From: Felis catus
Lineage: Eukaryota
Reading direction: 5' to 3'
Length of the DNA: 64,000 bases
Assembly (NCBI RefSeq): GCF_018350175.1
Contig: NC_058368.1
Span: 150,414,001-150,478,000 of the forward strand
In this document: one piece after another, positions 26,865 to 39,621 of the stretch
Layout of the letters: the number at the start of each line of letters is the position of its first letter
Numbering within the stretch: position 1 is the first letter of the stretch
Notes under the pieces: model-generated
Databases searched by the model: none
What the model was told of the DNA's origin: nothing
What the model saw: the letters and a program-made list of their open reading frames with translations, nothing else
Program-made: the position numbers and the translations under genes

Positions 26865-27025
26865 GAAAAAGAAAAAAGAAAGGAAAGGAAAAGAAAGGAA
26901 AAGAAAAGAAAAGAAAAGAAAAGAAGAGAAAAGAAAAGAAATGAAACAAAACAAGGAAGGAAGGAAGAAAGGAAGGAAGGAAGAGGGAAAGAAGGAGAGA
27001 AAGAAAGGGAGAACGGAAGGAAGAA
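26787..27025 (+). repeat. (GAAA)n/(GAAAA)n/(GGAA)n compound microsatellite
   Basis: Directly visible. Confidence 0.95.
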
Positions 27026-27108
27026 GTAACCATGCTTTTTCTGGTATAACTCCGTTAAATAATTTTGAAACAGTGTTCTATTTTTGAAAACTCAACTTTC
27101 CCCCATAG

Positions 27109-27290
27109 TTTTGTTTTGTTTTGTTTCAAGAGAGAAAGAGAAAGAGAGAGAGAGCTGGGGAGAGGCAGAGGGAGAGAGAATCCACTCCCAGTACAGAGCC
27201 CAACTTGGGGCTCCCTCAAACAACTGTGAGACCATGACCTGAGCAAATCAAGGGTTGGACACTTAACCAACTGAGCTACTCAGGTGCCCC
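27109..27290 (-). mobile_element. Can-SINE
   Basis: ctgtgagaccatgacctgagc...ctgagctactcaggtgcccc. Confidence 0.88.
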
Positions 27291-27670
27291 ATCTCCCCAT
27301 AATTTTTAAAACTACTCTGACAATGAGCTGAAAATACGAATTTTTTTTATTACTGTGTATTCCTGCTATTTTCTATTATTGCTATTTATTATTGCCTTTA
27401 CTTTTTCTCATGAAAATATGTTTGACCAGGCATATGGTAAATATCATTTGTATTCATGGCAAGGTGAAAATGAATGGTTCATTTCAAAGGATAATTTAAA
27501 TCATCCTCATACATACAATATGGAAATAAAAGGATTTGCCTAGATAGAGTCAGTACTATTCAATAGAAACTGAGTATTTACCATGGTCACAGTGGATCTG
27601 ACAGAGGACACAAAGATGACTTGAACACAATCCTTGCCCTTTGGGAGGACCCACCCCATAGGGGAGAAGA

Positions 27671-27672
<2 letters not shown>

Positions 27673-27719
<47 letters not shown>
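27673..27719 (+). repeat. (CA)n microsatellite
   Basis: Directly visible. Confidence 0.97.
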
Positions 27720-27722
<3 letters not shown>

Positions 27723-27939
27723 GAAATATACACATAAAACATGTAAACAAAGCCTGCATAATACAAATTCATGAGGCAGCTGCACAACCCATGTCGATGA
27801 GCTGAAATATTTAGTTTCTCAGGATGTATAATCCACATAGCTGATGCAAGGAGAGAGGATTCCAAATCAGCCTATAATTTAGAAAGCCCTGTGTCTTCAT
27901 GAGATAATTTGGAGCCAATGCTATATAGCCTTGATTCTT

Positions 27940-28003
27940 TTCCTCCTCCTCCTCCTCCTCCTCCTCCTCCTCCTTCTTCTTCTTCTTCTTCTTCTTCTTC
28001 TTC
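27940..28003 (+). repeat. (CCT)n(CTT)n microsatellite at SINE tail
   Basis: Directly visible. Confidence 0.95.
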
Positions 28004-28006
28004 GTC

Positions 28007-28222
28007 TTTTTTAAATTTTTTTTTAATCTTTATTTATTTTTGAGAGAGAGACAGCATGTGAGCAGGGGAACAGCAGAGAGAGGAAGACACAAAATCCAAA
28101 GCAGGCTCCAGGCTCTGAGCTGTCAGTGCAGAGCCTGACATGGGGCTCAAACTCACAAGCCATGAGATCATGACCTGAGCCGAAGTCAGTTGCCTAACCA
28201 ACTGAGCCACCCCGGTGCCCCC
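28007..28222 (-). mobile_element. Can-SINE
   Basis: Full body ending gagccaccccggtgcccc. Confidence 0.93.
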
Positions 28223-28225
28223 CCC

Positions 28226-28451
28226 TTTTTTTTTTAATTTGAGAAAGAGAGAGAGAGCACGCACAAGTGGGAGAAGGGCAGAGAAAGAGGGAGACAATCT
28301 GAAGTAGGCTCCACATTGTCAGTGCAGAGCTTGATGTGGGGCTCAAACTCACAAACTGCAAGATCATGACCAGGGTTCCAACTCATGAACCATGAGATCA
28401 TGACCTGAGCCCAAGTCCAGTGCTTAACTGACTGAGCCATGAAGACGTCCC
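28226..28451 (-). mobile_element. Can-SINE with internal tandem duplication
   Basis: Body with a repeated ggg..caactca..aac...agatcatgacc unit; outer TSD tag(c/t)cttgattctt at 27925-27938 and 28452-28465. Confidence 0.88.
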
Positions 28452-28469
28452 TAGTCTTGATTCTTAATA

Positions 28470-28700
28470 TGTAATCCAAAGAACATCAGCACCATCTAGG
28501 AAATCTCAGGGCCCATACTTGACCTTGTGAGTCAGAATCTAAACTTCAGCAAGATTGCCAAGTGATTTGCATACACATTTCATCTGGAAGGCCCCAATAT
28601 AGAGTGGTTCTGCATGCTGCCTGTACATTAGAAATACCTGCAGAGTTTTCTTAAAAATATCCATATCTGGACCCCACCCCAGGCCTAAGAAGTTAGAATC
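28470..28700. mobile_element. MER5-like DNA transposon fragments
   Basis: catcagcaccatctagg...aaatctcaggccc...cagaatct...acattagaaatacctg-type sequence. Confidence 0.5.
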
Positions 28701-29139
28701 ATTTATTTATCTTCATCATATCTCAACTCAAACATCACTTTCTCTGGGACATCTTCTCTGACTCACCTTCAGACCAAAATACATTCCTAAATTATACATT
28801 CTCAAAACACCCTAAACCCTTATCACACTTTGCAACTAAACATTTGCTTATGTTTTCATGTGATAACTGTCTTTCAAATTGGCAAATGCTCTATGATAGC
28901 AGCAACTATTTCTCGTTTTGTTCAACACAACACCCCTAATGCCCAACAGAAATTTGTCACACGTTAGACATTCAATAAATTCATTCAGATATTTATTGAG
29001 CACCTACAATATTCTAAGTTCTTGAGATATATCAGTGAATGAAACAAGAATCCCTGAAGGAAGTGACAGATTATAAATGTGTTGTTCTATTTCTAGCAAG
29101 GTGAGAAAATTAATAATAAGAATCAATAATAATATAAGC

Positions 29140-29476
29140 AAAATTAGAGAAAGACAAATATCAAGACTTCACTGATAGGTGGAATTTAAGATACAAAACA
29201 GATGAACATAAGGGAATGGAAGCAAAATAATATAAAAAGAGGGAGGGGGACAAGACATAAGAGACTCTTACAGAAAGCAAACCGAGGGTTGCTGGAGGGA
29301 TTGTGGGTGGGAGGATGGGCTAAATGAGTAAGGGACATTAGGGAGGACACTTGTTGGGATGAGCACTGCATGTTGTACACAGGAGATGAATCACTGGAAT
29401 CTACTCCTGAAATCATTATTGCACTATATGCTAACTAACTTGGATGTAAATTAAAAAATTAAAATAAAAAAAAATA
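29140..29476 (+). mobile_element. 5'-truncated carnivore L1 3' end within an L2-like region
   Basis: gagaaagacaaatatc...gaatctactcctgaaatcattattgcactatatgctaactaacttggatgtaaatt plus A-tail. Confidence 0.92.
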
Positions 29477-29479
29477 AAG

Positions 29480-30150
29480 GCATAATGTAGTATGTTAGAT
29501 ATAACTGTTATATAAAAATAAGAATGAAGGCAAGGTAAAGGGAACTAGAAGCACTAATAGGGGTGGGCCAAGTTACTATTTTAAATAAGGTGGTGAGTGT
29601 AGATAGGTGAGTGTAGATAGACGTCATGAAAAAGTAACATCTTAAAGAGACTTGGGAGAAATAAGTTAGCCCAGCTATCTCAAGAAAGAGCAGGCCAGAC
29701 TAGTGGAACAATACTGCAAAGGCTCTGAGAAAGGGGCATGCTAGTATGTTCCAGGAACTGTGAGAAGGCCAGTGTGGGCCCGGTAAGGTAGTGGGCAGAC
29801 AGGGTGGTGGGTAACCTGGCAGGGAGGAGCAGGAGATAACAACACAAAGATAACTGAGAATCAGACCATGTAAGCTCTTGTAGGTGAGTGTAAGGACTTT
29901 GGCCTTTACACTGTATGAAACATGGAACCACTGCAGGATTTTGAGCAGCAGGGTGATATAACTTGACTTAATTTTAAAGGGAATCTTCTGGTTACTGTGT
30001 CAAAAACATATTAAAGAGGATCAAGAATAAAAGCAGAAAAAAATATCAACAAAATATTGCTACAGGTCATGTGAGAAATGATGGTAATGATGTGGCTTGG
30101 ACCAGGGGGCTAACAGTGAAACTAGAGAGAAGGGATTCATATTCTGGATA
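29480..30150. mobile_element. L2-like fossil
   Basis: tgcaaaggctctgag...aggccagtgtgg...aggactttggcctttac...ggattttgagcag...ggcttggaccagg, typical of L2. Confidence 0.6.
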
Positions 30151-30840
30151 ACATACATACGTACATATGAATCCATATTGTCACAAAGTGAACACACCCA
30201 TGTAAACATCTATCAGGTATAGGAAGAAAAAGTCACTTATGTCTCCCTCCTCCCCAAGGATAACCACTATCCTGAATTTGAACACCATTAGTTTACCTAT
30301 ATTCAATCTTTACATAAATGAAATCAATAATATATATTCCTTTGGGTCTTTCTTCTTTTGAAATCAATTCATGTTGTTGCATACAACTGAATTTCATTTA
30401 CGTTTGTTGCGGTATTGTGTTTAAATGCATAAATATGTATAATTTATTTACCCATCTTACTATTGTCAGGCATTTCTAGCATGTAGCAATTACAAACAAT
30501 GGTGCCATGAACATTCTTATACCTGTATTTCTGTGTCAATATATATTGACCTTATTCATAAAAGTAGGATTATGAGGTCATGAGTTATGGGTATGCACAA
30601 CTTTGGTAAATAATGTTAAATAGTTTCTCAGAGTAGGTTTTATCAACTTAAATTCAAATCAGCAGGGTATAAAGTCACCTGTGTTTGTAAATTTTAGCTA
30701 TTTTATGGAATATATAGTGCTACCTCAGAGTAGATTTAGTCTGCATTTTTCTGATGAATTAAAAAGTTGAGCACCTTTCCATATGTTTATTGACAATTTG
30801 AAGAACATCTTTTGTGAAGTGTCTCTTCAAGAGTTAATTG

Positions 30841-32410
30841 TTAAAAGACCCAAATGTGAGACAAGAAACTACAAAACTTCTGAAAGAAAACACGGGCAGT
30901 CATCTCTTGGACATCAGCCTTAGAAATATTTTTATGGATATTTCTCTTCAGGCAAGGGAAACAAAAGCAAAAACAAACTTTTGGGACTACCCCCAAAATA
31001 AAAAAAAAAAACTCTTGCACAGCAAAGGAAGTCATCAACAAAGTAAAAAGGCAACCGCCAAATGGAAGAAGATCTTTGCAAATAATATATCCGAGAAGGG
31101 GTTAATATCTAAAGTATATAAAGAACTTATACAATTGAACACACACACAAAAAAAAAAAACAAAACAAAAACAAATAATACAATTTAAAAATGGGCAGGA
31201 AGACTTGAAAAGACATTTTTCCAAAGAAAACATACAGATGGCCAACAGACACATGAAAAGATGCTTAACATAACTAATCATCAGAGAAATGCAACCCCAA
31301 AACATAATGAGATATCATCTCACAGCAGTCACTTTTTATGGCTAGCATCAAAAAGGCAAGAAATAACAAGTGCTGGGCAGGATGTGAAAAAAAATGGAAT
31401 CCTTGTGCACTGTTGGCAGTAATGCAAACTGGTGCGACCATTGTGGAAAATAGAATAGAGTTTCCTCAAAAACTTAAAAATAAAAGTTTGCCATACAATC
31501 CAGTAATTCCACTAGTTGGGTATTTACCCAAAGAAAATGAAAACACTGATTTGAACAGATACAGGCTCCCCTATGTCTTTTGCAGCTTTATTTAAAATAG
31601 CCAAGATGTGGAAGCAACCTAAGGGTTCACAGATTAATGAATGAACAAAGAAGATGTGGTATATGTAAGTAACAGAATATTAGCCAAAAAATATTGAGAT
31701 CATGGGGCCCCTGGGTGGCTCAGTCAGTTAAGTGTCCGATTCTTGGCTTTGGGTCAGGTCATGATCTCACAGTTCCTGAATTCGAGCCCCACATCGGGTC
31801 CTGCACTAACAGTGCAGAGCCTGCTTGGGATTCTCTCTCTCCCTCTCTCTCTCTGCCCCTCCCCTGCTCATGATCTCTCTCTGCCTCAAAATAAATACAT
31901 AAATTAAAAAAAAAAAAAAGGATGAGATCATGCCATTTGCAACCACATGGATGGACTTAAAAAGTATTATGCTAAGTGAAATAAGTCAAACAGAGAAAGG
32001 AAAATACCATGTGATTGCACTTATATGTGGAATCTAAATAACAAAACAAATAAGCAAACGCAAAACAGGAACAAATTCATAAATACAGGGAACAAACAGG
32101 TGGTTACCAGAAGGGAGGCTGACAGGGGGGAAGGACCAAAAAGGTGAAAAGGATTTAAGAGATACAAACTTCCAGTTATAAAACAAGTAGGTCACAGGGA
32201 TGAAAAGTACCGTAGAGAGAATACAGTCAATAATATTATATTTTCACAGTGTATGGTGACATGATAATTAATTTATTGTGGTGAGCAATGCAAACTGAAC
32301 AGATATGTTGAATCAGTTGTATGTTGATGTACGTATATATTGTATACTTGAAATTAATATAACATTGTATGTCAACTTCAATCATAAAAATTTTTAAAAA
32401 CAAAAATAAA
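30841..32410 (+). mobile_element. 5'-truncated carnivore L1 inserted into an older antisense L1
   Basis: ORF2 C-terminal fragments (KDPNVRQETTKLLKEN), 3' UTR, A-tail. Confidence 0.92.
31704..31919 (+). mobile_element. Can-SINE nested in L1
   Basis: TSD core tgagatcat. Confidence 0.94.
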
Positions 32411-32602
32411 ATATCAGTTGTTAAAAAGGAGTCCATTGTTTTATTGGATTATCTATGTCTTCTTACTGATTTGTAGAAACTCTTTCTATATTTGAGAATG
32501 AGACCTTTGTCAACTTCAAGTATTGCAAATATCTTCTACTATGTGATTTGCCCTTTCACTTTCTTTTCAGTGTCTTCTTATGATCAGAATGTCTTAATTT
32601 TA

Positions 32603-32818
32603 GGGGCACCTAGGTGGCCCAGTCAGTTAAGCGTCCAACTTCGGCTCAGGTCATGATCTCACGGTTCATGAGTTGGAGTCCTGCATCGGGCTCTGTGCTG
32701 ACAGCTCGGAGCCTGGAGCCTGCTTCGGTTTCTATGTCTCCCTCTCTCTCTGTCCTCCCTGGCTCAGTCTCTCACTCCCTGTCTCTGAAAAATGAATAAA
32801 CATCAAAAAAAAAATTTT
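32603..32818 (+). mobile_element. Can-SINE
   Basis: TSD agaat(g/t)tcttaattt. Confidence 0.94.
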
Positions 32819-33239
32819 AGAATTTCTTAATTTTAATTTAGTCTAATTTATTAATATTTTCACTCACGATTAATACTTTTTTCCTCCTACTGAGAAATCT
32901 TTCCTCATGACAAGGTCATGAAGATGTCCTTTTATATTATCTTCTAGAAATTTTATTAGTTTATTATTTATATTTAGCTTTACTATTCAACTGGACTTAA
33001 AAATGGAGTAAGATAGGAGTTGAGTTTTATTCTTTCCCATATGAATATCCAGTTGACTCAGCACCATCTATTGAAAAGACCATCTTTTCACTACACTTCT
33101 ATACTAAAACCTTTATCATAAATCAAGTGTTCATGTTTGTGTGCACCTAGTTCAGAATTCTCTGTTACTGTGGCTTTTAGGCCAGATATTCAGTAGTACA
33201 TGTTGTCCATGTGTTTCTGCTGCTTTAACAGTACTTTAA

Positions 33240-33464
33240 GGGGAGCCTGTGGCTCAGTAGGTTAAGCATATGACTTCGGCTCAGGTCATGCGTGATCTTA
33301 TGGTTTGTGAGTTCAAGCCCCACATTGGGCTCTGTGCTGACAGCTTGGAGCCTGGAGCCTGCTTCAGATTCTATGTATCCCTCTCTCTCTACTCTTCCCC
33401 CACTCATACTCTGTCTCTCTCTCTCTCTCAAAAATGAATAAACATTAAAACATTTCATAAAAAA
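33240..33464 (+). mobile_element. Can-SINE
   Basis: Full body; TSD agtacttt. Confidence 0.92.
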
Positions 33465-35046
33465 GAGTACTTTGGATATTCTTAGCCCTTTGCATTTCCA
33501 TATAAATTTTAGAACAAGCCTGTTAACTTTAACAACAACAAAATTGTCTTTAATTTCTATCAATCATGTTTTATAGATTTGTGTGTAGATGTCTCATATA
33601 TTCTTCATTAGATTTATATCTAGGGATTTTCTGGTTTAGTGCTACTAAAAATAGTCACTTTTACTACTAATTTGTTTTCTAATTGTATTCTGTTACATAG
33701 AAATTTACAAAAATTGGTATGTTGACCTTATATCCACAAAACTTGCTAAACTTACTTATTAGTTACCTGACTTTTCTGTAGTCTATTTTGGATCTTTAAT
33801 GCATGTGATAATATTGTCTAAGAAAACAACAGTTTAATTTCTTTGTTTTAAATCATTGTAGCTTTTAATTTTTCTCAGCTACAAAACAATGTCATTCCAA
33901 GCTCAGAGGAAACCTTTCAACAGTTTTAAGTATGAGGCTTGTTAGAGACTTTTTGTAGATGTCCATAACCAGATTAAGGAAGTTCCCCTCTATTCCTAGT
34001 TTGTTAAAGGTTTTTATCATGAGTGGATTTTTAATTTTAGCAAATTTCTTTATCTATTTTTCTCTTTTATTCTGTTAATGTGATACATTACACTAGTGGA
34101 TCTGCAAATATTAAACCAATCTTGCATTAATGGCTAATATCTATTTAATTATGATATAATATCCTTTTTATATATTGCCAGTTTCAATTTGCTAACATTG
34201 TTTTTAGAATTTTGGTATCTATGTTCAGGAGTAAGATTGGCCTAATATTTGCTTTATACTAATCTTCTCAAGTTTGGTGTTAAGGTTATGCTGGCCTCTT
34301 AAACACTTTGGAATGTGGTCCTTTTTTAATTCTCTGGAAGATGTTGTGTAAGATTGGCACTATTTTTCTTTAAATATTTGATAGAATTTGCCAATAAGAC
34401 CATTTAAATTTTAAGTTTCCTTTTTGGTGAGTTTTAAGATGCTACTTAAATTTAAAAGTTATAGGATAGGAAGCAAAAGCAGGATAGGAAGAAAGAAGAA
34501 GAGGCCTGCAGTCCATTCTCTCCTCTTACTGGGAGATGCCTCCATAGAAAGAAAGATGACCTTTCTTGGTCATCTTCAGTCCTAGTGCACACTTTAGGTG
34601 CCCATTATATCCTTCCTGATAGCCTGACCAATGTGTGGCAAGGAGAAGTCTGTCATTTTCCTAACTGTTTTTGCTCAATTGTATTAATAATCAAATTTTG
34701 ATATTGTGATTGTCCCTACTCTCTTTGGCTTCATTGTAAACACCTCCACATCAGGTATTTTTTCTAGAGTTCCCTTTTCACACCATGCTCTGACCAACTG
34801 AGTTAGCGTTCCTTTTTAATTACCCCTAAGTACTCAAACTAACAGGCTGAATGAATGGGAAAGGAATCAAAGGAAACTATTAATATCAGAATGGTATTCC
34901 CACAACACTTAAGTATTTGTTAAAAAGAAAATTAATTATAGATGCAAAAATTGAGGGCGTTAGGCTAAGTGAAATAAGTCAGACAAAAACAAATAGTAAA
35001 TTATCTCACTTATATGCAGAATCGGGGGGGAAAAAAAAAAGTCCAA

Positions 35047-35264
35047 GGCACCTGGGTGGCTCAGTCAGTTAAGTGTCTGACTCTTGGTTTATGCTTACGT
35101 CATGATCTCACAGTTTCATGAGTTCGAGCCCCACATCAAGCTCTATGCTAACAGCGTGGAGTCTGCTTGGGATTCCTCTCTCTCCCTGTCTCTCTGTCCC
35201 TCCCCCACTCACAATGTTTCTGTCTCTCTCAAAAATAAATAAATAAACTTAAAACATTTTTCTT
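35047..35264 (+). mobile_element. Can-SINE
   Basis: Full body; TSD aaagtcc. Confidence 0.92.
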
Positions 35265-35466
35265 AAAGTCCTAGAAACAGATAATAGATTTGTGGTTGCC
35301 TGGGGCATGGTTGGGAGCAGGCATTTGGGGAGTGTAAATGGGTGAAGATCGTTAAAGTGTACAAACTTCTATTTATAAGATGAATAAGTTCTGGGAATGT
35401 AATATACAACATGGTGACTACAGTTAACAATAACGTATTGTATATTTGAAAGTTGCTATTAAAGGA

Positions 35467-35726
35467 GTTTTTTTTTACACGTTTTTTTTAAAGTTTAATT
35501 TATTTATTTTGAGAGACAAGTGGAGAAAGGGCAGGGAGAGAGAAGGAAAGAGAAAAATCCCAAGCAGGCTCTGCACTATCAGCATAGAGCCCAACACAGG
35601 GCTCTGTACCACAAACTGTGAGATTATGACCTGAGGCGAGACCAGTTGAACAGAGTGGGATTAAGTTGGATTAATCAGTTGGATTAAGAGTTGGACACTT
35701 AATCAACTGAGCTACCCAGGCAGCCC
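35467..35726 (-). mobile_element. Can-SINE with internal short-repeat expansion
   Basis: Body interrupted by (a)gttggattaa repeats at about 35644-35697. Confidence 0.85.
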
Positions 35727-37660
35727 TACCAGAAGAGTAGATCTTAAAAGTTCTCACCACACACACACACAAATGTAATCATGTGAGCTATAGATGTGTT
35801 AACTAACATTGTAATAACCATTTCACAATACGTACATATATCATTACACTGTACACCTTAAAGTTAAACAATATTATGTATCAAGTATATCTCAGTAAAG
35901 GTGAGGGGGAAAAACGAAGTATAAGTTATTTGCAGCTATCTTGTAATTCACAGAAAAAGCAACACTACTTAATCTTGCAGGTGAGAATAGTCCAAGTCTT
36001 ATCCCATCACACTGGCATTCACCCATATTTGGCCTCCCAAAGGAAGAACCAAGAGATAAATAAGATGTTTGAGTTGACAGTTTGATATGGGAAACATAAT
36101 CTTTTGATGGTTTATTTCAGTCAGAATTCAGCGGTTATTTCCCATCATAGTCTAATAACACAAAAGGTAAACAATCATGTCACTGATGTCATGTCCTTAG
36201 AAATGTGATTCAAGACATAGTGCTCTTCAACATGTTTTCCTCTGTCCTTGATCATTTTTAAACTGGGTAATTTACATTTTGAAGTGTCGTTGAGAATGAT
36301 TTTATTTCCTCTCTTCACACAAAAAAGGAGGGGTGAAAAGCCTTCAAACCTAATGCTATGAAATTCTTTTGCAACAAACTCAGGGTTTTTCAAGTAAGTG
36401 TTAATATTGCTGTCAAACAAATTATTTTTCCAATGAAGACATAAAGGGTATCCTTGTATTTCTTTAAAACAAACAAAAAAAGCCCCTATTTACCTTAGGT
36501 TATGACATGGGAAAAATTATCAATAAAATCATAATCTTTATACAAACTTCCAAGACCTCCTAAACTGAACAATTCTGACAGCTCTACCACTGGGTTAGGA
36601 ATCTCTTTAAGTTGAAGGTATTCTTCCAACCTGTTAGAGTTTCTTATGGTCCACAAATAGAATTTTCTTTATTTTATGGTAGAATTGTATGTGACTAAGC
36701 AATCCAGTCAGTTGGATTTAGTTCAGCTGAACTTCATACCATAAAATTAAGGCATTGAGAGATATAATGGTTCTAATACTCTTAGAACTAGCTTAAACTG
36801 CTAGGACAATACATACTGACATAGTATGTATACTGTACATTTCTACCTCTGTCATTAACACAAAGCCATGGTTTCTATTTTCTAAAATGTCTTAGGACAT
36901 GGGAAAATAATGTGCTTTCTAAAAGACAGATAACTTATAGTGGGGGATATCAAGCACTGAGAAACTATATATTATTAACACATCTTTCTATCAATAGCAA
37001 ATTGTAGACTTGGTCAGTATCTGAGGATGGAAAGATGGAAGGAACTATAAAAGGAGTTTAGTAAAGATAAAGTATCATGCTTAAATGGTGTTTACTTGGA
37101 CAACCTGAACACATTATGAATTATTAAGATGGGATGGTTGCCATTGCCCTAAAATACTACAAGGTGGCATTATTTAGAATTGTTGTCAATCCCCCATTTA
37201 CTAACTCAGAATGCATTTCTTCATATAACATTAGGTTACATTTGAGCAGAATCTCTATAGGTGAAGGCTGAAAAAAAAACCATGCATTCATGGGGAAAAA
37301 TATGGGAACAGCCACTGCAATACTAATAATTTAAAATATACAGAGACTTTAAGGAAAATAAAAAAATAAAAGACATAAAAACATAACAAAAAGTAACAAG
37401 ACTACTATCACTTTTTGTGTACTTGTTTCAAGAATTCTTTGTGTCATGAAAAGCAGGATTAGTTTTGTGAGGGGATAAGTAGAAAATTTTCAGGAAATTC
37501 TGAAGAACATTTTTTAATGATTTAGAGATTGAGATACTGTTCTCTAAGGGTATTTCTCTCTTAAAATATTTCTAAGGAAATCTGAAAACAAATATATACC
37601 TCTCAAGGAAAAAAATGTTATTTTAGGATGTTGAAAGGAACAGAAAAAGATTTATATGAT

Positions 37661-37729
37661 CACCAGGAGATGAATAAAGAAGTAGAAAGAATAGCTAGAA
37701 CAGACCATCCTTAATGTCAGCCATTAGGT
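37661..37729 (+). repeat. 69-bp dispersed direct repeat, copy 1
   Basis: 62/69 identical to 38847-38915 by manual count. Confidence 0.9.
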
Positions 37730-38229
37730 GCTACTGTCTCTCAGGGGGTTCCTAACTTGACCCTGACTTGAACAGATCCCACAGAGAGCCATGTGTACCC
37801 TATCAATGGCGGAGCAATCTAAAAGTTGAATTTAACTGGTTCATACTGACTACATTTTTTTAGAAGGCAAAAAAAAGTGAAGGTATAAAATGAGTAAAAA
37901 ATAGCCAAAATCTAATTTCTAATAATAGGGATTCATTAAATAATCATGTATGTGTTTTAAGTACTAGAGAAATCTGGGGAAAGCAAAGAGATGCTATTAA
38001 AAATTATCCTAGGGAAAATAAATTACCCTAGGAGAAGTGGTATAAATCAGACTGTTCCAAGCACATCAGGAATTATAGCTATAAAACACTGTAAAAAAAT
38101 AAATAAAATAAAATAAAATAAAATACTGTAAAGTATATGTAAAAACTGATGGGTTGTAGAAGTTATGAAGGAGTGTATGAAGTATATCGACTTCATTAGA
38201 TCATGCCAAGGTGTTTTCTAAAATGATCA

Positions 38230-38745
38230 TGTAACTTATTACATCTTCACCAAATTGTGATATTCTAATACTTTAAATTTTACCAATATAATGGGAGCAA
38301 AATGCATCTCACTGTGGTTTAACTTAGGATATCCCTGATTACTAATAAAGTTGAACATCTTTTCATAAGTTTATTGGTTATTTATTTTTCCTCTTCTGTG
38401 AAATGTCTGTTAATGTCTTTTACCTTCTTCTCTAGCAGATTGTTTACCTTTTCTTATTGAAGTTTTTTTTTTAATGATCTGGACACTATCCTTTATCGAT
38501 TATATATGTTGCAAATAGTTTCTCCCAGTTTGTGACTTGACATTTCCTCTGTTTGGGGAAATCTTTTGATAAGTGAATGTCATCATATTTATCCCCTTTT
38601 TTCTTCATGTTTTATGATTTTGATGTATTAAGAATCCATTCCTATGCAGAAATTACATATTTACTTCTAAAAGTATTGAAGTCTTGCCTTTCACACTGAA
38701 ATCCTTTAGCTGTATGGAATTGATTTTTGCATATGATGAAGAAAT
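38230..38745 (-). mobile_element. Ancient L1M ORF2 fragment
   Basis: ccctgattactaataaagttgaacatcttttcat...gttgcaaatagtttctcccag...ggaattgatttttg. Confidence 0.75.
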
Positions 38746-38846
38746 ATCTTGGGGGGAAGGGTAGGAGACACCTGCCCCTCACTCAGTGATGTTTCAGAGA
38801 TCTTAATACATGTTCCCTGAGTGTGGCAGGCACAATGGACTGGTGT

Positions 38847-38915
38847 CACCAAGAGATGAATAAAGAAGTAGAAAGAAAAGCTAGAACAGATGATCCTCAA
38901 TGTTAGCCATCAGGT
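38847..38915 (+). repeat. 69-bp dispersed direct repeat, copy 2
   Basis: caccaagagatgaataaagaagtagaaagaaaagctagaacagatgatcctcaatgttagccatcaggt. Confidence 0.9.
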
Positions 38916-39387
38916 CGCTCTAGTGGCCTCTGACAGCAGTAGAGACTTTGTGCAGTGTCTCTGATGTGATCATGCCACCTAGGAAGGCCTCAAGCTTTGC
39001 TGCCTTTTTCACATGCATGTAAGGTGAACAAATCCAGGTAGGCTACCTGGGCAATGCAAATACTCTTTCTTTCCCTTCCCTCCCCTCCCAGCAAATGCCC
39101 AATACCTACATTGGGTATTTGCTTATATACCTAGATTTACGCTTTCTCATTTTGGTCTCTGGAGATTTACCTTTCAGCTCACAAATTACCCATGCATTTA
39201 AAATTATGTTTTTTTTTTTATATTTTAGCCAGTATTTTAAATGTTCTTTTTAAAGAAGTGTTCTCTGAACATCTACTCAGCCATGTTATCTGCCAAAGAA
39301 GTCTATAATATGACTTTAAAATGCTTTTAAGTGGAGTCTAAGCTGAATGAACATTAAAACAAAGTTTATGCTAAAAGTGTCAGCATT

Positions 39388-39588
39388 GGAGAACCTCAGT
39401 GGCTCAGTTGGTTAAGTGCCCAACTTCAGCCCAGGTCATGATCTCACGGTTCATGAGTTCAAGCCCCACATCAGACTCTCTGCTGTCAGCATGGAGCCTA
39501 CTTTGGATCCTGTGTCCCCCTCTTTCAGTCCCTCCCCCTCTCACTCTCTCCCTCTCTCTCTCTCTCAAAAATAAATTTAAATGAACAT

Positions 39589-39620
<32 letters not shown>

Positions 39621-39621
39621 A
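39388..39621 (+). mobile_element. Can-SINE with (TAAA)n tail
   Basis: TSD agtgtcagcattg. Confidence 0.93.

Larger units (their letters stand above)
30170..34440 (-). mobile_element. Ancient L1M fragment (host for later insertions)
   Basis: Reverse-oriented L1 3' UTR/ORF2 sequence (gttgagcacctttcc; atatccagttgactcagcacc..tattgaaaagac; ttaaggaagttcccctctattcctagtt). Confidence 0.8.
34940..35900 (+). mobile_element. Old L1M(A/B) 3' end with two SINE insertions
   Basis: ctaagtgaaataagtcagac...gatgaataagttctggg...catggtgactacagttaac...gatcttaaaagttctcaccac...tgtacaccttaaa. Confidence 0.85.
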
